A stretch of 64,000 nt of DNA, taken from positions 64,001 through 128,000 of IMG/VR virus record IMGVR_UViG_3300012000_000001, one strand, 5' to 3'. Source of the DNA: a virus. Position 1 is the first letter of the stretch, and each line of letters opens with the position of its first letter. This document shows positions 11,412 to 21,714 of the stretch, piece after piece. A program made the translations under genes and the position numbers. A model generated the notes under the pieces. That model saw only the letters and a program-made list of their open reading frames with translations, had not been told where the DNA came from and ran no database searches.

Positions 11412-11852
11412 ATGAAAATTATTAACAATACTTATAAAATATTATATATTTATTTATTTAACAAACGAAGCGTAGGCCTGTTGTTTTTTTCACAACAAAT
11501 AGAATCTGAGGATGATATTAAGGTGTTTACAACAGAAAATGAATGGATCAATTATGTCAATGATCAAATTGGTAATGATACTTGGTTTAATGAAGAAATT
11601 AAAGCACAAATAAAACTATCAGAAAATATGCCATGCATTGATATTGGTTATTTAACTCAATATAATTTTAGACTATCTGTTAACGATCAAACAGAGCAGC
11701 ATCTCGAATATTTGTCAGGATTAGATAATAGCACTATAGAGCTTGCAAGTATGTATGGAGATAAATATTATTTAAATAAAAATGAGTTTATGAAATTGTT
11801 TGAGCAATATAAATTGGATAAACCATTATATCTTAATCTAGTAAAGAGTTAA
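11412..11852 (+). CDS. Hypothetical protein, possible fibre assembly/chaperone-like
   Basis: 146 aa immediately after the fibre-like gene. The chaperone role is inferred from position only. Confidence 0.55.
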   Translation: MKIINNTYKILYIYLFNKRSVGLLFFSQQIESEDDIKVFTTENEWINYVNDQIGNDTWFNEEIKAQIKLSENMPCIDIGYLTQYNFRLSVNDQTEQHLEYLSGLDNSTIELASMYGDKYYLNKNEFMKLFEQYKLDKPLYLNLVKS

Positions 11853-11855
11853 ATT

Positions 11856-13295
11856 ATGCTACTAACGTGCAATAGCGCAAACTATAATAGTAGGGCCGAC
11901 TGGAATACTCTAGACGGCAATTTGTCTACAGTTGGTTCTAATGGTAAATCTAGTTATTATGGAACTTTTGATCAGACGGGTAATATTAATGAATTATTAG
12001 ATACTATTAGTGGTAGTTATCCTATTATTCGCGGGGGTGCATTCAATAATGATCAAACATATTTGTCTAAGTCTTGGTTCGGTACACAGGCCGCTGACGG
12101 CAAGGTGAGTAATATTGGTTTTCGCGTAGCCAAAGTGGCTGCGAGCATAGATAGTACAAACTATGTGCTGATAGAAGATGCTAGTAATAGTGGAGATGCC
12201 TCCAACAGTGATTTTGGTAGAGTTAATTATAATTATCAAATTAAAAAATATCCCGTCACCAATAGTGAGTATGCAGAGTTTCTTAATGCCATATGCAAAA
12301 CCCCAAATGGGTTGGGATTATGGCATACTGATATGGGTGATTTAAATAGGCGTGGTGGTATTAATAGAAGTTTAGTTAATGGTATATATATTTATACTGT
12401 TAGAATTAATATGGGAGATAAACCAGTAAACTATATTAATTGGTTTAGCTCCGTTAGATATATTAATTGGTTATCTAATAATAAACCAACCGGTGTTCCT
12501 GGAACAAGCACCACCGAAGATGGGGTTTACACATTATCTAATTTTATAATTCAGGGAACCAATAAGCCATCGCCAAATAATAAAAATTCTTATTGGCTAC
12601 CTTCTGAAGATGAATGGTATAAAGCTGCTTATTATACCAATAATAAAAATGGCTCGGGTCCGGGATATTGGGCTTATGCCACACAATCAGATTCGATTCC
12701 AGATTCTGTTGTTGTTGATAGCTCCGGGACTGCAAATAATACATTTAGCAATCCTAATATTTGCATCAGCCCAACGCCAACCCCTTCGATTACTCCAACT
12801 ATTACCGTTTCTCCATCGGTTACACCGAGTGTTACCATCTCTTCGTCTGCTACACCAACTCCAACAGCATCAGTGACCCCAACAAATACAGTTACACCAA
12901 CAGTAACTCCTACTAAGAGTGCCACTCCCACTCCAACAGTTACGCGAACGGTAACGCCCACACCATCTATAACACCAACTATTACTCCTACCATAACGGT
13001 TTCTATATCTCCAACACGTACCCCTACTATGACTAGGAGTTTAACTCCTACTAGTACACCCACAGCAACGGTTACCGTTACTCCGTCAAAAAGCCTGTGT
13101 GCATCCAAAAAACTTGGCGAATTGTTATATCAAAGCTCAGTGTATGTTAATGATGATATACAAGTACTTCATAAGGGGTTTTTATTACAAGGTAAATTAT
13201 TGCCTAATTTGAGTATTTTGAGTGAGATCCCAAATGCCTCACCCACACCAACTCGTACAACGACCCCTACTCCAACACCATCTTCTAGCGGTTAG
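11856..13295 (+). CDS. Second permuted FGE-sulfatase-domain protein with T/P stalk
   Basis: SYYGTFDQTGNINE, RGGAF and NIGFRVA come first, then FGRVNYNYQIKKYPVTNSEYAEFLN, KPVNYINW, WLPSEDEWYKAAYY, YWAYATQSD, then TPT repeats. Confidence 0.85.
   Translation: MLLTCNSANYNSRADWNTLDGNLSTVGSNGKSSYYGTFDQTGNINELLDTISGSYPIIRGGAFNNDQTYLSKSWFGTQAADGKVSNIGFRVAKVAASIDSTNYVLIEDASNSGDASNSDFGRVNYNYQIKKYPVTNSEYAEFLNAICKTPNGLGLWHTDMGDLNRRGGINRSLVNGIYIYTVRINMGDKPVNYINWFSSVRYINWLSNNKPTGVPGTSTTEDGVYTLSNFIIQGTNKPSPNNKNSYWLPSEDEWYKAAYYTNNKNGSGPGYWAYATQSDSIPDSVVVDSSGTANNTFSNPNICISPTPTPSITPTITVSPSVTPSVTISSSATPTPTASVTPTNTVTPTVTPTKSATPTPTVTRTVTPTPSITPTITPTITVSISPTRTPTMTRSLTPTSTPTATVTVTPSKSLCASKKLGELLYQSSVYVNDDIQVLHKGFLLQGKLLPNLSILSEIPNASPTPTRTTTPTPTPSSSG
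12768..13087 (+). repeat. Thr/Pro/Ser-rich stalk
   Basis: SPTPTPSITPTITVSP... low-complexity repeats. Confidence 0.95.
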
Positions 13296-13318
13296 TAAGT
13301 TACAAGGATTTAGGACTA

Positions 13319-15316
13319 ATGGTATACTCTCAAGATTTTTTAGATGCTACATTAGATAATGTTAATAATTTTACAGCACTATCTACTGGATCCGGCCCTA
13401 CAGTACAGGTACTATTTAAAGGCTCTGGTATTCATACTATTGGTGGACCAACACCATTTGTAGATATATCTATGAATGTAGAGAGTAATAGCATAGGTAT
13501 TCCAGAAGCTGCCACTACCAAAATAACACTAACTGGTAAAATTGTGCGCCCCCAAGCAACTAATGCTACCGGTAGTGGTATTAGCCATGTATTAAGCGGA
13601 GTCAAGCAACTAAATGATTTGTTTACTCCGGATCAATTTGGTGAATTTAAAATCACATGCAATAGTAATGGATCACCATCAACAGACATATATGCACTAA
13701 CCGGTGTTAAGGTGATTAGTGTTGATGTGTCTAAAACTGATAACAACTGGATACAAACTGCCGACTATACTATTGTACTAGAAGGATACAAAAGTTATAT
13801 CTCAGGGTATTCGGTTAAAGGACTCGTTGATTCTTGGTCCATAGAATCATTAGAAGACTATACCTATAGTAATTTTACTATTAATGGTATTACACAAAAA
13901 GTAGAATATCATAATCCTAATCTCAAACCAACAGCGCCTACAGCACAATCGCTACAACCAGGAAGTACTCAAACTGGCGGAACATCAGGAGGACAAACAC
14001 CATCTTCGTCATCTGCTACTCTGGACATTATTAATATTCCACAATTTAAAGTTACCCGTACTCTAAGCGCTATTGGTATTCCGAGTGGTACTGGTGCCAC
14101 CAGCGGCCTCATGAATAATACCTATCTTAATGCGAAAGCATGGGTTGATTCTAGGCTTGGTCTGAGCTTAACTAATTCTCCCGGAACCGGCGTGGTATCT
14201 CTGTCTGGGGCAGGTGGGACTCCTCCTCCTCATTTGGCCACAGGTTATCTATATAACCATATAAGGAATACTAATTTTAGTATTACAGAAGGTAGATATG
14301 AGGTTGTGGATAATTGGATTGCGATGCCTACAGGTATCGGCTTTATTGAAGACTATACTATAGATATGTCTACAGATGAACGATACATCCATACCGTATC
14401 AGTAAAAGGAGAAATACGAGGTTTATCCCTAGCTAGTGGTTCATTAGGTAGTGGAGTATCCAACTTAAGTTCTGGTAATCCATCTAGGATTATAGCTCCG
14501 ACAGGAGGAGCATATGCTGGATCATTAGTTCATCAGGTTCCAGACACCCTCGGCTCTAGCAGCACCACTGCTTCAATAACCGTTAATAAATATCAAAATG
14601 CTCTTAGTGGATGGATATACGATATAAAGCCGTACTTATATCGCAGAGCTTGCATTGCTATGAGCACCAGCGATAGAACGGTTGGATATGTTCCGCCATA
14701 TAATGCTGGTGGAGGTTCTCAATCCCCTCCGAACAATCCTGTTTATTCTAAACATGGTTTATTAAATATTATTCCAATATCTACTTCAGAATCACATAAT
14801 ACTAGAAAGGGTATAATTTCTTACTCTTATGATTTTAATAATAAATTTACCATTATTAGCGGCGTTATATCTGAAAGTATAAATATTGAGGATAGTGGTC
14901 CTACCGACGTAATTGGAGAAGCTTTTGTGCTAGGTAGAGCACTTGGGCCAGTTTTACAAAATTTAGGAACTAAAACTTCGGCCAAAAAAAGTGTTACTGT
15001 AGAAGTTACAGTAGTACCACCGTCTAGCCTAAAGGGGTTTTTTGTACAAAATAGCGATTGTCCGCTATGGACAGGGGGAACGGTGTATCAAGCTATAACG
15101 GGAATTGTAGAAGGATTAAAACCATTCGGAGATAGGCCGACAGCATTTTTTGGATCATCAAATGTTATGAGAGGAGGAGGATCGACCAACGCAACAGGAC
15201 AAGTATTTGTTTCATCAGATAATCAAACTTGGGATCCGACTAATGGAAGGTTTGTTCGATCTGTATCGTGGACGTATCAACAATGCACAACAAGTAAGAG
15301 CTGGTTAGACCATTAA
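13319..15316 (+). CDS. Hypothetical protein, probable virion structural (tail/baseplate region)
   Basis: 665 aa, G/S/T-rich and beta-like, in the structural run; no family recognised. Confidence 0.6.
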   Translation: MVYSQDFLDATLDNVNNFTALSTGSGPTVQVLFKGSGIHTIGGPTPFVDISMNVESNSIGIPEAATTKITLTGKIVRPQATNATGSGISHVLSGVKQLNDLFTPDQFGEFKITCNSNGSPSTDIYALTGVKVISVDVSKTDNNWIQTADYTIVLEGYKSYISGYSVKGLVDSWSIESLEDYTYSNFTINGITQKVEYHNPNLKPTAPTAQSLQPGSTQTGGTSGGQTPSSSSATLDIINIPQFKVTRTLSAIGIPSGTGATSGLMNNTYLNAKAWVDSRLGLSLTNSPGTGVVSLSGAGGTPPPHLATGYLYNHIRNTNFSITEGRYEVVDNWIAMPTGIGFIEDYTIDMSTDERYIHTVSVKGEIRGLSLASGSLGSGVSNLSSGNPSRIIAPTGGAYAGSLVHQVPDTLGSSSTTASITVNKYQNALSGWIYDIKPYLYRRACIAMSTSDRTVGYVPPYNAGGGSQSPPNNPVYSKHGLLNIIPISTSESHNTRKGIISYSYDFNNKFTIISGVISESINIEDSGPTDVIGEAFVLGRALGPVLQNLGTKTSAKKSVTVEVTVVPPSSLKGFFVQNSDCPLWTGGTVYQAITGIVEGLKPFGDRPTAFFGSSNVMRGGGSTNATGQVFVSSDNQTWDPTNGRFVRSVSWTYQQCTTSKSWLDH

Positions 15317-15318
15317 TT

Positions 15319-18300
15319 ATGCCAACACAAAGCTGTAATACCGAACCTAAGCAGATCGCTCAGACATTATTTTTAGGAGCTAGTGTATCTAGTTATAATA
15401 CTAGCGCAGGGTGGGGCGGCCAGCCTTCACAGATAACTGTTAATTTAATCGAGGACGAGGCAGCATCAAAATGTTTGCCAGAAGGCGCTCAGACATATAA
15501 TCAATTTGCAAATAGTTCTTTTGCCGATAATCATTATTCAACCTGTACAGGGGTAGGCTGTTATATTGATAAGTATACCGGACAGCAAGCCACAAACAAC
15601 ACACCTGTGGATAATAGAATCATCCCCGGTAAGGTATATTATTTTTTAGATTCTACAACAGGATTATTAAAATCACGATATTGGAGTAAACCAGACCCTG
15701 GATTTTTTGGCAATAGTACTAAAATAGATGGTGGAGGTGTTGATCAAACTACCGGTACTACAACCTTTAGATATGATATTATCGATACGCCGGTATATTT
15801 TCGTATGGGAGATTTTATGTTTGGCGGTTTTGTACAGTCTTGGACCAGGAATCTTAATAGTGGAGGTAAGCAATATAGCGTTATAATTAATGGACCATCA
15901 TCTATCTTAAACTCTTGTTATGTTATTATAGATAAGTTTGCGGGCTCAGTATTTAGCAAGGCGTCGTCTTCCACCATATATGGTTCGCCTAAAAATTATC
16001 TGGGTGTCGATACAAACATCACATACGATAATACCCACCTAAAAAAAGGTATTTTACCAAATGTCTTTAATGTTTATGGTTTTCTTGAATCTTTTGGAAC
16101 TAATGGTTTTGGAGGTTCAGGGAAAAATGATAACGGAGTGAGTATTAATTATATTTTAGATGCGCTATCTGTATTAACCTCACTATCTCCATCTTCGTCT
16201 AAAAAACTATGGACAACCGGAACAGAGCTACCTCGTACAGCATTTTCACCATTTGGAAGAATCATTTCCAAGTGTATGGTTAAAGACAAAGCAGATTCAG
16301 ATTTGTATTCTCCTATCACTAGTGCATTTTCTTCGTTTGGAGTTATACCACCTCAGCCAACTATTGCCGGTATTGGCGCCCCTAATACAGAAGGGGGTGA
16401 TCGCTGTCAGTTTGTTTTAGATTTAAATGATTTAATCTATACAGACAGAACCAGAACAACAAAAAGACTACCAGACGATATTAGACTAACTGGCCCAGTA
16501 ATGAGCGTTATGGAGCTAATTAATACAGTAGCAGAAAAAACTGGGCAAGATATTTTTATTGAGATGGTTCCAACGGTATATAATAGCACTATCACTCACG
16601 TTATTAAAGTTAAAACAATATCCAGACTACAACAGCCTAGACCAAATATTATAGAAAATACTATTAAAAACATGGAATGTAATGGATATTATATATCTTC
16701 TAATTCCTTTGGCAAAGAAAAGAACGAAACACCAGCAAGAGCGATGATTATTGGAGGTCAACAGCAAAGATTATTTCAAGTTAAAAGTTATAGATTAGCA
16801 TATTCTCAATCTAGTTTTATTTATAATCCTAAAACCGGAAACTTTATTAACTATAGAGTATATAACCAACCCAATAGCACCCCCAATTCACTACCATTCT
16901 TCTCTCAAGCTGCTCAATATGGTCATGGTAAGATAAGACCAGTCAACTTTTGTACAACTCGAAATAAACTATTAACGGATCATTTAAATAGCAATGCTGG
17001 TTTTACATACCACGATATAGTTAATGATGAAGATAGGGCAACGGGTACTACCGCATCTTTTGCTGTAGCAGACAGTGTGTGGGCTGATGCCTCAGAAACG
17101 GGTAGTGGAATATCTTCGACACATGGCAACTATAAAACAGCAATAAAATTAACCGCACAAGCCCCCATAGCGGCCAATGATAGATGGATTCCTTTGTATA
17201 TGGACGCTATTTGTCCATTTTTTGGTTTTGTTAATGATGAGAACGCTACGGTATCTATAGGAACAGATAATGACTCTAATACGGATGCCAGACAAATTCG
17301 TCCAGTATGGCTAGACTCTTGGACTGGACAAATTAATGTTGTAATCAATGTTAATGAATTGCCAACCCTTAATGTAAAATTAAATAAGGTTAGTTTAGGT
17401 TCCAGCTTCACATTACCATACACGTACACAAGATCCATTGCACAAAACACCAAGGTTCTAGACAAAACAGGACAGATTACCTCATTACCAGATGTTGAAT
17501 ATTTTTATATTACAGAGTCTGAGATTAGAGCAGCTTTGGCTGGATTTGATAACTTTTTGGTTTATTCGTTGTCAAAGACATATAAACCAGATTTAATAGA
17601 AATGGTTAGAAGGGCATATTTTCTACAGACCAAACAAAAACTAGTAGACAGAGGAGTATCGGCAACAGAAGCCGAGACTATAGCCCATAAAGAAACTGAC
17701 TGGTATTGGAAACTATTAGGTGGTAATATAGGTGGAGATGAATTATATCCTGTGCCCATTAGCCCAGACAAAACTGATGGTTCACAATATATACAAGAGA
17801 AAGCTTTGCAAGATCTCAAATTATTACATAAATTCGTAGCAGAAGTTGGCAAGCATTACGGTAAAAAATACATGGTTGCTGCGTGGGGCTTGCAATCATA
17901 TAAAGACGAGAGTTTGTTCGGAGCCGCTTTCAGTACTGCACAAGGATATGGCTATATCTTTCAAGGCGATGGTAAATTAACATATAATTACATGCCTACT
18001 AATGAAGGCGCCTGGGAAGAGTATGGTAATATAATCGATGACAGTATCGTTGTTGGTAGTCCAGAATGGTATGCTATTACAGATGAACAGGGTAGAATTA
18101 AGCCATTACTAGGCTTTAATAACAACTATAATTTTGACCATGTTCGATATGCTAAATGTCAAGCAGCTAAAAATGCGAAATTTAATGATCCTAATGACGA
18201 ATGGAATCAAGCCAATGCCAATCCTTATTTTAGTTTTAATACCTGGTTAACTTTGCAAGAGGCTAAAACCACCAATTGTTCTGATACCTATGTTTTCCCA

Positions 18301-21300
18301 TCTCTGGACATATCTAATTTATCTAGTTCTGATTATATTGTCATTGATCAAAAAACAACCGGGCTGACACCCACATTGAGTGTCGTATCCAATAGTAACG
18401 GCACATACGGCACAATTAGCCTAACTAACAATATAGCATCATATAATGCATGGGGTGAGCAGTTAAAGTCTAGGGATGCTCAGGGCGCAGAGGTACCCCT
18501 AACTAAATCTAAAATATATGTTCCAACCAGTGTAGAAGAAAATTATGTATTCTTGGACCCAATCAATAAACAATATGCTAAGATATTAATTGATTCTCCA
18601 GGATTAAGTCTCTATTTATCTAGTGAGGAAAATGCTAAAGATCCTAATAGGACAGTAATCTCTAACGTTGCTGCTGAAGACCTCATAATATATTTAAAGA
18701 CCCGTCAACAATATGATTATGAGTGGATAAGATACATGCTTAGTTATATTGTGCCAATGAGCCAAAGCAATGGTGTGCTTGGTGGAGATATTATGTATGG
18801 TACGATTGCAGCAGCTAGTAATACAACAGCGAATAATGTGGAATTAGCACCAAAAGCAGCACACCCATTTTTTGCTGCTATTCCCATCAAATCTAATATC
18901 TTTGTTTATGGTCCATGGACAAATTATCCTCATATTACCGGAACAGGCATTTTTCCAGAGGCTACGACAATTGATCAAAGTACAACTTTGCCGGTAACAT
19001 GCACACCAAGCACTTTTACAACAACGGCTGAGATGGCAGAAAAAGCCGTCAATAATATGATAACCGCTACAGAAATTGAGGTACAAGAAGATTTTGTACC
19101 TTGGAACTATGGTGGAATATATAATTTAGACATAGCTGCATTTAAAGAAATAGAAACCAAAGTCAATTATCAAACAATTATAGAAACAGCACAGGTTGAG
19201 ATGCCTGGGTTGCCATTATTCAATTTGGGCGGAAATTTTGTATATGGAAATATAGGCTTGGGTTATGATGCTGTAACCACTAGAGATATTAATTATGAGT
19301 CGTCTTCTTATGACCCTAATCCATTAGTAGATCTTACATATGCTGGTGGAAGTTTGGTATTTTCTCCTAATTCTATGAATACCAATACTTTTAATTATCA
19401 AATTATAGATGTAAAACAGGTAGCCGCTTTTGTTGCTGGCCCAATCATTACAAGTATTCAAACTTCAATTGGCCAACAGGGTATTAGTACCACATATACT
19501 TTTAGAACATATACTAGAAAAATTGGACTTTTTAATAAAGAAGAAAATGATCGAATGAAACGATTGGCTAAAATCAATATGCAGAGAAACAAACAGATAG
19601 CCAATTTGCATAACCAAATGCAGAATATTCAACAGCAACAGCAAAAATTTATTACAGATGAAAGATTGAATAAAGCCGAGTTTGGAAGTCAAGACTTATC
19701 ATCTAAATTATATGGCTGGAGTCCTAGTATGGTTATTATTGGCCAAGCTAGACCATATATTGAAGAGCCATTGAGGACACCTAAATATGCTGAAGACTTC
19801 ACATTAAATAGTAATCCCGGTGGACTTAATACCCAACCCGGATCTGCAACACAATGGAGAGTGCCGTCTGGTAGTGACGTTGGAGATTCATCGGTAGAAA
19901 AAAATGGATTATTAACCAATAGCAGCAATGCTAGGACTTTCTTAAAAAGCACAGGACGCATAACATCAACCGTACAACTTTATGAAAGAAAAGAAGTCAA
20001 TGGTCAATTAGACAAAGATTATGGGATGCAATCAGCAATGAGTCTAGACGGACTATTGTCTCCTATTTCTTTTTATCCTACATACAAAAACGCAACCTTC
20101 TCTTATTCTTTACATGACACAGCACGGTGTCCGTTTTGCAAGGGAACTAAAATTCGCAAAATGGAAACAATAGAGTATTTAGACAGTGGTCAAAAAAACA
20201 AAACAACTATCGACGTAGCCTGTGATAAATGTACTTATCTTAATAAGAAGCTTAATGCTACCTTAAATACAGACAATAATGATGTTCCTATTAATCTAAT
20301 TACATTAAACCCCATTGTCGTGCCTAAGGGTGAATTTAAAAATAGTAATAGTCAAAATTATAGCGGGAATCATCCAGATAAATTGCACGGTGATTTGTCG
20401 AATATAGGAGGATACACTGGCCAAACCAGATATTTTAGAGACAGACTCAGACACTGTATTGAAATTGTCGCCAGAGGGTCTGTTCCACCATCTAAGGCTG
20501 GCTATGCTCTAGAAACTAGTCGTAATGTCAATAAGGCTAGTACCAATCTAACATCTAACAAAAATAATTTAGACTATTATCATCAAGACATTATGCTTAG
20601 TCATATGAGATCTAAATATGGTGATAGTGTGAACAATGGTGTTGTTCATGAGAATAATCAGAGGTTTATCGGTTTAAGAGGTCCATTAGTATTACATTCT
20701 TGGGGATATGACCAAGATGGTTCTCCAGTGCCCAATGCTGCGGATGAACCTTATGCTTTTGACTCTTATGGAAGACCCATGAGATTCAAAATTAAAATTA
20801 CTCGAAAAACTAATACTAAAAAATATAAATCATTAAATATAGGAGAATCTTTTGCTCTACAAAACGACTCCAACGCCCCCATTTATGCAAAAACATTTAA
20901 TAATGAATATCTTCCAAGTGGAGTAAATGACAATACTGACGTATATCCTGTTGATATTGAAAACGACCTTAAAACAAATGGTGGTTATGATCCTAATCAG
21001 GGATACACTGGAGATATTATTGGCAAAACCCAAAAATGGAATGGATCAAGATGGACTGAAAAAGTTGCTACCAATGATTTTTATTTGAATTGGGCAGAAA
21101 GGCCCGATTTATGGAAGGTTGGTCCTATTGATTTATTTTGGGATGACGAAAGAAAAGTATGGAGTGGAGGAGATGGTGGGGCCGAATTAATGCCTCCATA
21201 TATTGTTACTAATAGTAATGATATTAGTACTTTAGAAGAGTTTTTACGCAAAAGAAAAAAGAAAAAAGCATCATATCAAAACATATATGCTACATTAGAA

Positions 21301-21711
21301 GAAGATTTAATTAAACAACCAGATTTTGATGAAACTTATGCTACAAGAGCTTTTATAGATGATTTAGAATATTCAAAAGATCCTTTGCTGGCCGGTTATA
21401 GACGTTTAATATATGTTAAAGATAAGTGCGGATATTCTGCTCCAAAAGGAACCAAGCTATTATGTAGATACAATAGAGTCACCGGCTTTTATGAACCAAT
21501 CAGTAAACCGGCGATTATGGCCAAAGGATCTATCGCTAGCAGCAATAAAGCTACTATAGAACTACACTATGTTCAAGGGAGAAGATCTGGTACAGTACCT
21601 TCTGTTATGATGGATTATACTAACCCGATGGGATTTACAACAAATACAGGAATGATAGGAATGTTTACATTTATCAACGGAACGTGGACTTTAATTTCAA
21701 TTAAATCATAA
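15319..21711 (+). CDS. Giant hypothetical protein, probable tail/baseplate component; CxxC...CxxC and short coiled coil
   Basis: 2130-aa ORF; CPFC (~20128) and CDKC (~20221); Q-rich helix near 19560-19650. Confidence 0.6.
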   Translation: MPTQSCNTEPKQIAQTLFLGASVSSYNTSAGWGGQPSQITVNLIEDEAASKCLPEGAQTYNQFANSSFADNHYSTCTGVGCYIDKYTGQQATNNTPVDNRIIPGKVYYFLDSTTGLLKSRYWSKPDPGFFGNSTKIDGGGVDQTTGTTTFRYDIIDTPVYFRMGDFMFGGFVQSWTRNLNSGGKQYSVIINGPSSILNSCYVIIDKFAGSVFSKASSSTIYGSPKNYLGVDTNITYDNTHLKKGILPNVFNVYGFLESFGTNGFGGSGKNDNGVSINYILDALSVLTSLSPSSSKKLWTTGTELPRTAFSPFGRIISKCMVKDKADSDLYSPITSAFSSFGVIPPQPTIAGIGAPNTEGGDRCQFVLDLNDLIYTDRTRTTKRLPDDIRLTGPVMSVMELINTVAEKTGQDIFIEMVPTVYNSTITHVIKVKTISRLQQPRPNIIENTIKNMECNGYYISSNSFGKEKNETPARAMIIGGQQQRLFQVKSYRLAYSQSSFIYNPKTGNFINYRVYNQPNSTPNSLPFFSQAAQYGHGKIRPVNFCTTRNKLLTDHLNSNAGFTYHDIVNDEDRATGTTASFAVADSVWADASETGSGISSTHGNYKTAIKLTAQAPIAANDRWIPLYMDAICPFFGFVNDENATVSIGTDNDSNTDARQIRPVWLDSWTGQINVVINVNELPTLNVKLNKVSLGSSFTLPYTYTRSIAQNTKVLDKTGQITSLPDVEYFYITESEIRAALAGFDNFLVYSLSKTYKPDLIEMVRRAYFLQTKQKLVDRGVSATEAETIAHKETDWYWKLLGGNIGGDELYPVPISPDKTDGSQYIQEKALQDLKLLHKFVAEVGKHYGKKYMVAAWGLQSYKDESLFGAAFSTAQGYGYIFQGDGKLTYNYMPTNEGAWEEYGNIIDDSIVVGSPEWYAITDEQGRIKPLLGFNNNYNFDHVRYAKCQAAKNAKFNDPNDEWNQANANPYFSFNTWLTLQEAKTTNCSDTYVFPSLDISNLSSSDYIVIDQKTTGLTPTLSVVSNSNGTYGTISLTNNIASYNAWGEQLKSRDAQGAEVPLTKSKIYVPTSVEENYVFLDPINKQYAKILIDSPGLSLYLSSEENAKDPNRTVISNVAAEDLIIYLKTRQQYDYEWIRYMLSYIVPMSQSNGVLGGDIMYGTIAAASNTTANNVELAPKAAHPFFAAIPIKSNIFVYGPWTNYPHITGTGIFPEATTIDQSTTLPVTCTPSTFTTTAEMAEKAVNNMITATEIEVQEDFVPWNYGGIYNLDIAAFKEIETKVNYQTIIETAQVEMPGLPLFNLGGNFVYGNIGLGYDAVTTRDINYESSSYDPNPLVDLTYAGGSLVFSPNSMNTNTFNYQIIDVKQVAAFVAGPIITSIQTSIGQQGISTTYTFRTYTRKIGLFNKEENDRMKRLAKINMQRNKQIANLHNQMQNIQQQQQKFITDERLNKAEFGSQDLSSKLYGWSPSMVIIGQARPYIEEPLRTPKYAEDFTLNSNPGGLNTQPGSATQWRVPSGSDVGDSSVEKNGLLTNSSNARTFLKSTGRITSTVQLYERKEVNGQLDKDYGMQSAMSLDGLLSPISFYPTYKNATFSYSLHDTARCPFCKGTKIRKMETIEYLDSGQKNKTTIDVACDKCTYLNKKLNATLNTDNNDVPINLITLNPIVVPKGEFKNSNSQNYSGNHPDKLHGDLSNIGGYTGQTRYFRDRLRHCIEIVARGSVPPSKAGYALETSRNVNKASTNLTSNKNNLDYYHQDIMLSHMRSKYGDSVNNGVVHENNQRFIGLRGPLVLHSWGYDQDGSPVPNAADEPYAFDSYGRPMRFKIKITRKTNTKKYKSLNIGESFALQNDSNAPIYAKTFNNEYLPSGVNDNTDVYPVDIENDLKTNGGYDPNQGYTGDIIGKTQKWNGSRWTEKVATNDFYLNWAERPDLWKVGPIDLFWDDERKVWSGGDGGAELMPPYIVTNSNDISTLEEFLRKRKKKKASYQNIYATLEEDLIKQPDFDETYATRAFIDDLEYSKDPLLAGYRRLIYVKDKCGYSAPKGTKLLCRYNRVTGFYEPISKPAIMAKGSIASSNKATIELHYVQGRRSGTVPSVMMDYTNPMGFTTNTGMIGMFTFINGTWTLISIKS

Positions 21712-21714
21712 TAA

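Noticed and set aside
7077-12135. Diversity-generating retroelement targeting the FGE domains
   Set aside because: FGE/CLec folds are typical DGR targets, but no reverse transcriptase or template repeat is seen, and the two candidate variable regions differ at many non-adenine positions and in length. An RT elsewhere in the genome cannot be excluded.
7978-13108. Minus-strand GVTV-rich ORFs (7978-8721, 8147-8473, 12674-13108)
   Set aside because: Antisense shadows of the Thr/Pro stalk codons.
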